Assembly (NCBI GenBank): GCA_963834385.1
Contig: CAWIBO010000002.1
Coordinates: 1,216,001 to 1,280,000 of the forward strand
DNA: 64,000 nucleotides
Direction of reading: 5' to 3'
Origin: an uncultured Verrucomicrobiae bacterium
GTDB taxonomy: Bacteria; Verrucomicrobiota; Verrucomicrobiia; Chthoniobacterales; UBA10450
Within the stretch, counting starts at the first letter, position 1. Each line of letters begins with the position of its first letter. This document shows, piece after piece, positions 50,519 through 59,210 of the stretch. The notes beneath the pieces are model-generated. The model was not told where the DNA came from, searched no databases, and saw nothing but the letters and a program-made list of their open reading frames with translations. A program made the translations under genes and the position numbers.

Positions 50519-51565
50519 ATGGCCCAGACGATGCAGGCGATCGTGAAGAGCAAACCGGAGCCCGGCCTCTGGCTTGAGGAAATCGCGGTGCCGCAGATTG
50601 GTCCGGACGATGTCCTGATCGCAACCGAGAAAGCCTCCATCTGCGGGACCGACGTCCACATCTACAACTGGGATCATTGGGCCAAAAAGACCATCCCGGT
50701 GCCGATGCCGATCGGGCACGAGTTCGTCGGCCGCATTGCGCAGGTCGGCGCCAATGTGCGCGGGTTTGCCGAAGGCGACCTGGTCGTGGGCGAGGGGCAC
50801 ATCACCTGTGGCCACTGCCGCAACTGTCTCGCCGGGCGGCGGCACCTCTGCCCGAACACCGAAGGGGTGGGGGTGAACCGGCCCGGGGCCTGGGCCGAAT
50901 TCGTCGCCATCCCGGCCACCAACGTCTGGCACGCTGATCCTGCGATCCCGCTTGATGTTCTTTCGTGCTTCGATCCGCTCGGTAACGCCGTGCATACCGC
51001 GCTGACCTACGATCTCGTGGGCGAGGACGTCCTCATTACCGGCGCCGGACCGATCGGCTGCATGGCGGTCCCGATCTGCAAACAGGCCGGGGCGCGCCAC
51101 GTTGTCATCACCGACGTCAACCCCTACCGCCTGGAGCTGGCGCGCAAGATGGCTCCCGGGGTCACCGCCGTCGACGTGAGCCGCGAAAAGCTGGCCGATG
51201 CCATGAAGAAGCTCGGGATGAAGGAAGGGTTTGATGTTGCCCTTGAGATGTCGGGCAATCCGAAGGCGTTTGCCGATCTGCTGCCGAACATGTTTTACGG
51301 GGGCAAGATCGCGCTCCTCGGCATCATGCCGGAGAACGCGGCGATTGACTGGAACACGGTGGTTTTTCACAGCCTGACCATCCGTGGGATTTACGGCCGG
51401 GAGATGTTCGAGACCTGGTATAAGATGACCGCGCTGATCCAGAGCGGGCTCGATATTTCACCGGTGATCACGCATCGCCTGCCCTTTCAGGAATTCGAGG
51501 AAGGAATCGAGCTGGCCAGATCGGGGCAGTCCGGCAAGGTGGTTTTGGAATGGGGCGGTCGGTAG
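50519..51565 (+). CDS. tdh: L-threonine 3-dehydrogenase
   Basis: [22 protein letters not shown]...[22 protein letters not shown]. Confidence 0.95.
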   Translation: MAQTMQAIVKSKPEPGLWLEEIAVPQIGPDDVLIATEKASICGTDVHIYNWDHWAKKTIPVPMPIGHEFVGRIAQVGANVRGFAEGDLVVGEGHITCGHCRNCLAGRRHLCPNTEGVGVNRPGAWAEFVAIPATNVWHADPAIPLDVLSCFDPLGNAVHTALTYDLVGEDVLITGAGPIGCMAVPICKQAGARHVVITDVNPYRLELARKMAPGVTAVDVSREKLADAMKKLGMKEGFDVALEMSGNPKAFADLLPNMFYGGKIALLGIMPENAAIDWNTVVFHSLTIRGIYGREMFETWYKMTALIQSGLDISPVITHRLPFQEFEEGIELARSGQSGKVVLEWGGR

Positions 51566-51570
51566 GGTTT

Positions 51571-51765
51571 ACCGCAGAGACGCAGAGAGCGCAGAGGAGG
51601 GAGTGAGGGTTGGTTGGGCGGGGAGGAGATAGCGGGGCCACGCCGCACGTTGTTTGGGAGGTCCCTCGCTTTGCTCGGGATGACGCGCGTTCGCCGGTGG
51701 GGCGAGACTCTGTCGAGCCTGGGAGGAAGCGATGCCCAACGGGGAGGGCGGCGCGGCCTCCCAAC
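51571..51765. repeat. Mosaic of REP-like intergenic elements
   Basis: ACCGCAGAGACGCAGAGAGCGCAGAG (51571-51596). 51658-51684 is a reverse-complement 23/27 match to 42483-42509. GTGG-type element at 51697-51719. Confidence 0.6.
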
Positions 51766-51777
51766 AAATCCGAATCT

Positions 51778-52482
51778 CTAGTTGAGCGTCGCGGCGGCGG
51801 TGTAGTCGCCCTGCAGTTGCAGCAGCATGCGGCGGCAATGTTTGTGCGCCTGGCGATCGGCCAGGATCCGCCGGCTCGTTTCGCGGTCGCCCCATTTCAG
51901 AATCTGAATTTTTTCGGTGCGCACGCCCCATTTGTTCATGTCGCGCTGGCTGCCCATGTAGAGATCAATCGTGTTGCGACCGGAAAGAGCCCAGCCGTAA
52001 TCGTCGACGCGGTAGGTCTGCCCGGTGGAAAGAATGCGAAAGGTGGTTCCGGCCGGCCAGCGGGACCAGTCGGCCGCGGCGCTCCCAATGCGCGGCGGGG
52101 AAGAACGGGTCCGCCGGGTTGTCGTCTTTCTTTTGGCAGCGGATTTTTTCCCGCTCCATTTCTTTTTCAGCGGATCAAGCTTGGCAAAGGTGTAGGCGAG
52201 ATCGGGCGCGAACCAGGGATTGAGTTCGGCGCGCTGGATCGGGCGCGAAGCGGGCTGGAGGCGTCCCCCCATGGCGTTGCGGGCCCCGTAGGCGAGGTGG
52301 TCCGCTTCCGTGTGCGTGTAAGCGGTGGTGCGCACCGTCTGGAAACTGGCCTGACCCATGGGGGGTTCGAAAGGCGGCAGGGCGCGGGTGGAAACACGGG
52401 TGGAAGTGGTAACGGCGCAGGAGGTGACCCAGAGGGCGATCAAGGCGAGCGCCAACAGCCGAAGAAGAGTAGGGGAAACCAT
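51778..52482 (-). CDS. 3D-domain (MltA-like) putative lipoprotein
   Basis: Lipobox VTSC, VRTTAYT, AAADWSRWPAGT, VDDYG, TIDLY. Confidence 0.8.
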   Translation of the reverse strand: MVSPTLLRLLALALIALWVTSCAVTTSTRVSTRALPPFEPPMGQASFQTVRTTAYTHTEADHLAYGARNAMGGRLQPASRPIQRAELNPWFAPDLAYTFAKLDPLKKKWSGKKSAAKRKTTTRRTRSSPPRIGSAAADWSRWPAGTTFRILSTGQTYRVDDYGWALSGRNTIDLYMGSQRDMNKWGVRTEKIQILKWGDRETSRRILADRQAHKHCRRMLLQLQGDYTAAATLN

Positions 52483-52625
52483 TTCGGCCGAGTTATTAAC
52501 AGATATTCACAGAACGGGACAAGCCTGATTTTGCCCCGAAAAGGGTCGCGCCGGCTGCCTGCGCTCCCCGGGGAAGCATGCTGGCGTGTGGCCTGACAGT
52601 GGCCAAAGCCCGGCTATGGTGCGGC

Positions 52626-53810
52626 ATGCTCGCGGAATTCGAAAAGCAGCTCACCGAGACGCTCGAGGAAATCAAGGCGCAGGGCCTCTTCAAAACCGAA
52701 CGGGTCATCACCACGCCACAGGATGCGCACATCCGGATCACCGGCGGGAAGGAAGTGCTCAACATGTGCGCAAACAATTACCTTGGGCTGGCCGATCATC
52801 CGGCGTTGATCAAGGCGGCCACCGAAGCGCTCCAGACCCACGGGCTCGGGATGGCCAGCGTGCGTTTCATCTGCGGAACGCAGGACATTCACAAGGAACT
52901 GGAAGCGGCGCTGACCCGGTTCCTTGGGATGGAGGAAACGATTCTTTATCCGAGCGCGTTCGACGCCAACGGCGGCCTTTTTGAAACCCTTTTTGCGGCG
53001 GAGGACGCCATCATTTCAGATGAATTGAACCACGCCTCCATCATTGACGGCATCCGGCTGTGCAAAGCCCAGCGCCATCGCTACCGGCACAACGACATGG
53101 CCGACCTCGAGGCGAAGCTGCGGGAGGCGGCGGGCGCGCGCCATCGGCTGATCGCGACGGACGGCTGTTTTTCCATGGATGGCACGATCGCGAACCTGAC
53201 CGCGATCTGCGACCTGGCGGACAAACACAAGGCGCTGGTGATGATCGACGACTGCCACGCCACCGGGTTCCTCGGGAAGACAGGGCGGGGGACGCACGAG
53301 CATTGCGGGGTAATGGATCGGATCGACATCATCACGGGGACGCTGGGGAAGGCGCTGGGCGGCGCGAGTGGCGGTTTTACCAGCGCCCGCAAACCGATCG
53401 TGGACCTGCTGCGGCAGCGGTCGCGCCCCTATCTCTTTTCCAACACCGTGGCGCCGCCCGTGGTGGCGGCCTGCCTGAAGGCGCTCGAGCTGTTGAGCAG
53501 CTCGACGGCGCTGCGGGACAAGCTGGAGGAGAACACCCGGTTTTTTCGGCAGGCGCTGACGGACCGGGGCCTGACGATCAAGCCCGGGAGCCATCCCATT
53601 GTGCCGATCATGCTGGGCGATGCCGCGAAATCACAGCGGTTCGCCGCGCGCATGCTCGAGAAAGGGGTTTACGTGATCGGTTTCTTTTACCCGGTCGTTC
53701 CCCACGGGACGGCGCGGGTGCGAACGCAGGTGAGCGCGGCCCACTCGAGGGCAGACCTCGAGTTTGCCGTGAACGCCTTTGCGGAAACGAACGAAGAGCT
53801 GAAGGACTAG
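52626..53810 (+). CDS. kbl: Glycine C-acetyltransferase (2-amino-3-ketobutyrate CoA ligase)
   Basis: [44 protein letters not shown]. Confidence 0.96.
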   Translation: MLAEFEKQLTETLEEIKAQGLFKTERVITTPQDAHIRITGGKEVLNMCANNYLGLADHPALIKAATEALQTHGLGMASVRFICGTQDIHKELEAALTRFLGMEETILYPSAFDANGGLFETLFAAEDAIISDELNHASIIDGIRLCKAQRHRYRHNDMADLEAKLREAAGARHRLIATDGCFSMDGTIANLTAICDLADKHKALVMIDDCHATGFLGKTGRGTHEHCGVMDRIDIITGTLGKALGGASGGFTSARKPIVDLLRQRSRPYLFSNTVAPPVVAACLKALELLSSSTALRDKLEENTRFFRQALTDRGLTIKPGSHPIVPIMLGDAAKSQRFAARMLEKGVYVIGFFYPVVPHGTARVRTQVSAAHSRADLEFAVNAFAETNEELKD

Positions 53811-53811
53811 G

Positions 53812-54168
53812 CTACTTGGCGGCGGCCGCCTTGGCCTGGGCGCGCTGGTCCCACTCGGTCCGCAGCACCTTTTGCTCGGCGCTGAGAATGGCGAGGCGGG
53901 AGGGAACGCCCTTGTACTTCTTGACCGCGCCATTGACGGTGCGGTTGACAGCGCCCTGGCCGACAAGGCTTTGCAGCTTCTCGTAGGCGCGCAGGCGCAG
54001 CATTTCCTCGCCTCCGCTGGCGGCGTTGCGCTCGCGCAGGTTAAGGAAGACGATGTCGAAGAGTCCCTTGAACTCGTAGGAGGTTTTCGAGGAGAGAACC
54101 GCCACCAATTCTTCGGTGATGGTGTCAGGGGCTCGACGGGTGAAGGATGCGCCAGCGGGTTTAGCCAT
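53812..54168 (-). CDS. Small hypothetical protein, possibly winged-helix DNA-binding
   Basis: 118 aa; EMLRLRAYEKLQSLVGQGAV..KKY pattern. TATACT lies 5 nt upstream of the ATG. Confidence 0.65.
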   Translation of the reverse strand: MAKPAGASFTRRAPDTITEELVAVLSSKTSYEFKGLFDIVFLNLRERNAASGGEEMLRLRAYEKLQSLVGQGAVNRTVNGAVKKYKGVPSRLAILSAEQKVLRTEWDQRAQAKAAAAK

Positions 54169-54286
54169 CGCGGAGTATAGCTTACTTTTACAATATTTCC
54201 TGCCTCTTTCGCAGGGAAGCCTGCTGGGACGTTTACACGTAAACTCCGGAAAACGACGACGGTTTCATCCGCCGCCCGCCGCCCGG

Positions 54287-55474
54287 TCACCGCCGATGCA
54301 AGGCAATGCTCGACCCGACCCAGGTTTTGTCCTTGTTAAATTTCACCCCCATCATCGCCCCCTGACTCATCCGGACCAGGTTGTTGACCAACACCGGCTC
54401 TCCTCCCTCCGGCCAGACAAACATCATCCTGATCTCGGCCTTGGAACGCGGACCCTCCGGCGTGGGGAGGAAATCGGCATACTCCACCTTCTTTTGCAGG
54501 ATCCATTCACCCGGTTTCTCCAGGGCGGCGACGGTCTCCTCCGTTGGCTGCAGATCGACGCCGAGCCCCGAGAAGGAATAAAGCGGTTTCAGGACGTAGT
54601 CCGCCAGGTCTTCGCCGGCCGGGAAGGCGTCGGCAAAAAACGTGGGGGCGGTGTGCGCACTCTTCAGGAAGGGGAGCGAGTGTTTGCTGATCCGGAAATA
54701 CCAGTTCGGGTGCCCAGCCCAGGTGACCTCCAGGTCGTCCTGGAGGGAGAAGGCCGGCTTTAGGTCCGGGCGCCGCAACAGTTCGTCGAAAATGACCCGG
54801 TTGTAGATGCGCTCGATCCGGTGCTCACGGCCGTCGCGCTCGTAGAACAGCTGGCGGCCGCGCCGCCGGACGTCCCCCAGGCTGATCGGCCGAACACCGA
54901 GGAGCGTTTCCGTGGCGGCAAAATCGATCCGGGTTGGCTGCTTTTCCGGCTCGATCTCGAGCAGGACCACGTTTTCCGGGTTGTGCCCGGCGAAGATGAC
55001 GCGCCGCAGCAGATCGAGATAAATCTCATCCGTGACGCCGCCGAAAGAGGAAGTCCAGTCCGGCGGGATGGCGCGGAAAGCCGCGCGCATGCACTTGAGA
55101 AGAAGAAACTGGAAGCCGTAAAGACTGGGGAACCCCTGGAGCTCGATCAATCGCGGCGTCAGGCGCCCCTCCACCCGGCAAATGCCAAAATCGATGGCAA
55201 GGAAGTTGGGATGGGGCGTTTCCCCCGGGACGGAAAGGCCGTCCGGAATGGCACCTGCGGCGTGCCGCGTGAACTCGGGCGTCCGGACTTGTCTCACGAT
55301 CTCCTCGGCGGCGCCGACCACTTCCCGGCAGAATTCGTCGGTGAGGAAAATGGGTGACTCCGCGATCCGGAAGGTGGCGGGCCAGTATTCGCTTGTGTTT
55401 ACGCAACGCTCGAGCGCGGCGTATTTCTCGAGGGTAAAGTCGCCGTTAAAACGGGCGCGCAGCTCCGGGTCCAT
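54287..55474 (-). CDS. Circularly permuted ATP-grasp (glutathionylspermidine-synthetase-like) protein
   Basis: AIDFG...LIELQGFPS in the N-half; YVLKPLYSFSGLGV and WILQKKVEY in the C-half. Confidence 0.7.
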   Translation of the reverse strand: MDPELRARFNGDFTLEKYAALERCVNTSEYWPATFRIAESPIFLTDEFCREVVGAAEEIVRQVRTPEFTRHAAGAIPDGLSVPGETPHPNFLAIDFGICRVEGRLTPRLIELQGFPSLYGFQFLLLKCMRAAFRAIPPDWTSSFGGVTDEIYLDLLRRVIFAGHNPENVVLLEIEPEKQPTRIDFAATETLLGVRPISLGDVRRRGRQLFYERDGREHRIERIYNRVIFDELLRRPDLKPAFSLQDDLEVTWAGHPNWYFRISKHSLPFLKSAHTAPTFFADAFPAGEDLADYVLKPLYSFSGLGVDLQPTEETVAALEKPGEWILQKKVEYADFLPTPEGPRSKAEIRMMFVWPEGGEPVLVNNLVRMSQGAMMGVKFNKDKTWVGSSIALHRR

Positions 55475-55544
55475 GCCCGGCGATTATGCGGGAATCCGCG
55501 CCGCTTGCCTCTCTTTTCTTGCCCGTCCCCCGGAAACCGCGGGC

Positions 55545-56561
55545 CTAAATGAGAAATCGGCCGCCCTGCATGACCTGGTCGCCGTCGAACCAGATGTCGA
55601 AGTCGCGTCCGACACAGTCGATATGCGTTTTCGAGATCCAATCGGCGCCGGTGTGCTCGGCATAGGGATGACCAAAGGCGATGTGGATGCCAGGGATCTT
55701 CTCGTCCTGGAGAATGTTGCCGATGACCCGGGTGCAGGCGGTATTGGTGCCGATGGCGAATTCTCCCACGCGATTGCTGTTTTCGTCCGTGCTGGTGTAG
55801 GCACGAAACTCCTCCAGCAGCTCCGTGTTCTCGCAGGCCAGGGAACGAATGCGGCTCTCTTCCACTTCAATCGTGAGCGGCGTTTCCCGAATGTCACCGT
55901 ACTTCTGGCAGAGATAATCGCCGACCACGCCGTCGACCACGAAGACGCCGCGGCTGTTCAGGGGCGAGGTGAAGATCTCGCCGCCCGGGAGGTTGCCCCA
56001 TTTTTCGGGCGTAATGATCCCGCTGGTCTTGAGCCACTTCAGCTTGGGCGAGAGCTCGGCCTCGAAGTCGGTTCCGGCCGGGGTCCGGCAGGTAACGCGT
56101 TTTGTCTGCCGCGCCCGTTCCACGAGGCGCTGGCTGAGGGCGTCGACGGCGAGAAAATCGGCGCGCATCCCCTCGCGCATGATCTGCGGAGTGATGTTGA
56201 CCATGTGGCCGTGACGAATGCCCTGGCGATTCACCACCGCCGTCATCTGGATGCGTGAACCGAGCTCGCCGCGCTGCGTTTGCGCGCAGAGGACGGAAAC
56301 CTGCGAGGTGGCGAGGTCGTCCAAAATCGGCTGCGGCATGCCGGTGAGCGGGCGCGGCGCATAATCTTCCAGGACAAACACGCGGTGCTCGGCGCCGAGG
56401 CGCTCCACCTCCTGCTCGAGGGCGGCGGCGATCTCCCGCGTGGCTTCGTCGGTGATGATGGTGATGCGCTCGGAAGGCTGCAGGCGAAGGCAAATCTCAA
56501 CCGCATTCCGCGCCCCGGGAACGAGATCCTGGTTGATGGGGAGGGCGGCGGGATTCGGCAT
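55545..56561 (-). CDS. M29 (AmpS/aminopeptidase T-like) metallopeptidase
   Basis: NLPGGEIFTSP, GEFAIGTN, DEKIPGIHIAFG, THID. Confidence 0.85.
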   Translation of the reverse strand: MPNPAALPINQDLVPGARNAVEICLRLQPSERITIITDEATREIAAALEQEVERLGAEHRVFVLEDYAPRPLTGMPQPILDDLATSQVSVLCAQTQRGELGSRIQMTAVVNRQGIRHGHMVNITPQIMREGMRADFLAVDALSQRLVERARQTKRVTCRTPAGTDFEAELSPKLKWLKTSGIITPEKWGNLPGGEIFTSPLNSRGVFVVDGVVGDYLCQKYGDIRETPLTIEVEESRIRSLACENTELLEEFRAYTSTDENSNRVGEFAIGTNTACTRVIGNILQDEKIPGIHIAFGHPYAEHTGADWISKTHIDCVGRDFDIWFDGDQVMQGGRFLI

Positions 56562-56731
56562 GGGCTCCCACCTTTACGCGAAAAGAGAGACTCGGCAATG
56601 CGTTGACCGGGCCGAAATCCGCGCGACCCGGCGGGGAGGAAAATGGTTCGGCCGGTGACCTGGACCCATTTTCTGTGGCAGAGAGCGATGGCCGAGCGCG
56701 GCCAGGGGCCGGCCAGACCTCCCAAGCCCCA

Positions 56732-56754
56732 GTGCGACAGACTGTCCCGCTACA
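56732..56754 (-). repeat. Single GTAG-type REP-like hairpin
   Basis: Minus strand reads TGTAGCGGGACAGTCTGTCGCAC. Confidence 0.4.
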
Positions 56755-56887
56755 GTTTTCTCGAGAAATCGACCCTCGAAAGTTCACTGACCTCATACGT
56801 AACTGTATCATCTTCAGATAAATGCAGCTATTTCATGTCGCGGCTTGTCACGCTGTGGGGCGGGTCTAAATTCTGTGCAGGGTTTTC

Positions 56888-57340
56888 ATGGCTACACGTC
56901 GCAAACGCAAGCTGGCGCATTCACGGTTGCCGATGCAGGGGCAGTTGAATCTGCGGCAGGAAGGCCGCTACTTTGACCTGCAAAAGTTGTTCGATGAACT
57001 GAACCAGCGGTATTTCCGGAGTCGTTTGCGCGATTATCGCGTGGTCTGGGGAAGGCGGCGTCGCCGCCGGCCAAAGGAATATCTTGTCCTCGGCACGATC
57101 CAGGAAGAGGACCGCGTGATCCGAATCAATCCGCAGCTGGACCAACCGTGGGTGCCGTCATGGTTCCTGCGTTACATCCTCTATCATGAAATGCTCCACT
57201 CGGTCGTGCCGGAGGAACCGTTGGGCCGCGGGCGCCGCCGGGTGCACACCGAGGAATTCAATCGCCGCGAACGCCTGTATCCGGGCTACCGGCGGGCGCG
57301 CCGCTGGGAAGAGGAAAACCTGGCGCGGTTTCTCCGATAG
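56888..57340 (+). CDS. SprT-like/zincin metalloprotease
   Basis: FDELNQRYF, IRINPQLD, YHEMLH, HTEEF. TTGTCA-16-TAAATT upstream. Confidence 0.8.
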   Translation: MATRRKRKLAHSRLPMQGQLNLRQEGRYFDLQKLFDELNQRYFRSRLRDYRVVWGRRRRRRPKEYLVLGTIQEEDRVIRINPQLDQPWVPSWFLRYILYHEMLHSVVPEEPLGRGRRRVHTEEFNRRERLYPGYRRARRWEEENLARFLR

Positions 57341-57353
57341 ACAGGCGGGCGGG

Positions 57354-57500
57354 TTAGCGGCGCTCCGAGGCGGAGGCCCGGGGATCGTCAAACAGGGAGG
57401 GTGTCGTTGCGACGTTCTTTTTGATGAGGTACCAGAGCGTCATCGCGAGGAGGATCGAGATCAGCTTCGCCCGCCAGTTGCTCAGAATCAGTCTCTTCAT
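57354..57500 (-). CDS. 48-aa CdaR/YbbR-like membrane anchor peptide
   Basis: MKRLILSNWRAKLISILLAMTLWYLIKKNV... resembles the CdaR N-terminal TM motif. Overlaps the cdaA 3' end in another frame. Confidence 0.55.
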   Translation of the reverse strand: MKRLILSNWRAKLISILLAMTLWYLIKKNVATTPSLFDDPRASASERR

Positions 57501-58263
57501 AGGTCCGTTGCAGCAGGATCTCGCTGATCCGTTTGCGGAATGTTTCCGGGGTAAAGTTTCGCTCGATGCGCCGGCGATAACAAATGGTGATTCCGCCCGT
57601 TTCCTCGGAGACGATGACGGCGACCGCGTCTGATTCCTCGGTGATGCCGAGGCCGGCGCGGTGGCGCAGCCCAAGGCTGCGATCGAGGGTCTCGCGCTGG
57701 CTGACCGGGAAGATGCAGGCGGCAGCGGCGATATGGCCGTCGCGCACGATGACGCCGCCGTCGTGCAGGGCGGACTTGGGATGGAAGATGGTGAGCATGA
57801 GCTCGACGGAGAAATCGGCGTTCAAGGCGACACCTGTCTCCTCGTAGACCCGGATGGAGGTGTCGCGCTCGATGGCGATGAGCGCGCCAAACTGCTTGTT
57901 GGCCAACTGGGTGACCGCCTCGGCGAGGTCATGCACCGTTTCGCGTTTTTCACTGGTGAGGGAAAAGATGGGATGGCCGCCAAGCTCGGCGAGACCGCGC
58001 CGAAGCTCGGGCTGGAAGATGACCACGAGCGCGATCGCGAGAAAAACCGAGAAGCTCCGGATGATCCACCCGATGACGACGAGGTTCAGGAGCTGGGAAA
58101 TGAGGGTCAGAGTGAGAAAGACGATGGCGAGACCGGTCAGCACCTTGGCACCGCGGGTGCCGCGAAAATAGCGATAGCCGTAATAGATGCCGACGGTGAG
58201 AAGGGCGACCTCGATGGCGCTCCGCCAGCGCGCGGCGGCGAACTCGAGAACCTGCTCCATCAT
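57388..58263 (-). CDS. dacA: Diadenylate cyclase CdaA/DacA
   Basis: Three N-terminal TMs, VIFQPELRR, GALIAIER, LHDGG, GLRHRA, VSEETG. Confidence 0.93.
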   Translation of the reverse strand: MMEQVLEFAAARWRSAIEVALLTVGIYYGYRYFRGTRGAKVLTGLAIVFLTLTLISQLLNLVVIGWIIRSFSVFLAIALVVIFQPELRRGLAELGGHPIFSLTSEKRETVHDLAEAVTQLANKQFGALIAIERDTSIRVYEETGVALNADFSVELMLTIFHPKSALHDGGVIVRDGHIAAAACIFPVSQRETLDRSLGLRHRAGLGITEESDAVAVIVSEETGGITICYRRRIERNFTPETFRKRISEILLQRTYEETDSEQLAGEADLDPPRDDALVPHQKERRNDTLPV

Positions 58264-59111
58264 GAGGCCGCCTCCAGCACTGCCTCGGCCACGCGCAAGG
58301 CCTGGACATTCTCGCGCACCTCGTGCACCCGCAGGACGTCGGCGCCCCGGGCGCGCAGAAGGGTGGAAAGCCCGATCGTGGGCGCGGAGCGGTCCGCCAT
58401 CTCGCCGCGGCCCAGAATGCGGCCGAGGAAAGATTTGCGCGAAACGCCGACAACGAGGGGACGATCATGCACCCGGAGCTTTTCCAGGCCGCCGAGAAGG
58501 GCCAGATTATGTTCCAGCGTTTTCCCGAAGCCAATTCCCGGATCGAACGCGATGGTCATGGGGTCGATGCCCGATTCTATTGCCCGGGCGTATTGTTGTC
58601 GAAAAAATTCGGCCACTTCCGCGACAACGTCTTCATAATGAGGCGCGGCCTGCATGGTCCGCGGTGAACCCTGCATGTGCATCAGGATGATGCCGGCGCC
58701 GCGCTCGGCTGCCAGAGGGAACATGCCAGGATCGGCGCGTCCAGCCGTGACATCGTTGATGATGACCGCGCCTCGCTCGAGCGCGGCGCGCGCGACCTTT
58801 GCCTTCGCGGTATCGATCGAAAGCATGACCCGCTCGTTTGGCGGAAGGCGGTCCAGGACCGGGAGAAGGCGGGCCAATTCCTCCTCCGCGGAAACTTCGG
58901 GCGCGTCCGGCCGGGTCGATTCCCCTCCCAGATCGATGATATCGGCCCCGTCAGCGGCGAGCCGGCTGGCCTGCGCCACCGCATGATCGGGATCGTGGAA
59001 AAGGCCGCCATCCGAGAAGGAATCAGGGGTGACATTGAGAACGCCCATGACCAGCGCGCGCCTGGAGCAATCCATCGTGCGGCCGCCGATTTTCCAAAGG
59101 CGCTGGCCCAT
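58260..59111 (-). CDS. folP: Dihydropteroate synthase
   Basis: MGVLNVTPDSFSDGG, GGESTRP, DPGIGFGK, SRKSF, LRVH. Confidence 0.96.
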   Translation of the reverse strand: MGQRLWKIGGRTMDCSRRALVMGVLNVTPDSFSDGGLFHDPDHAVAQASRLAADGADIIDLGGESTRPDAPEVSAEEELARLLPVLDRLPPNERVMLSIDTAKAKVARAALERGAVIINDVTAGRADPGMFPLAAERGAGIILMHMQGSPRTMQAAPHYEDVVAEVAEFFRQQYARAIESGIDPMTIAFDPGIGFGKTLEHNLALLGGLEKLRVHDRPLVVGVSRKSFLGRILGRGEMADRSAPTIGLSTLLRARGADVLRVHEVRENVQALRVAEAVLEAAS

Positions 59112-59210
59112 GCGGATGAGACTAACACAGGCGCGCCGTTATTCGATCTTGCGGCGGAGAGACATTGCCCCGTCAATGTGACGGATTGAAACCGGGCGTT
59201 TCGCCCTCTC

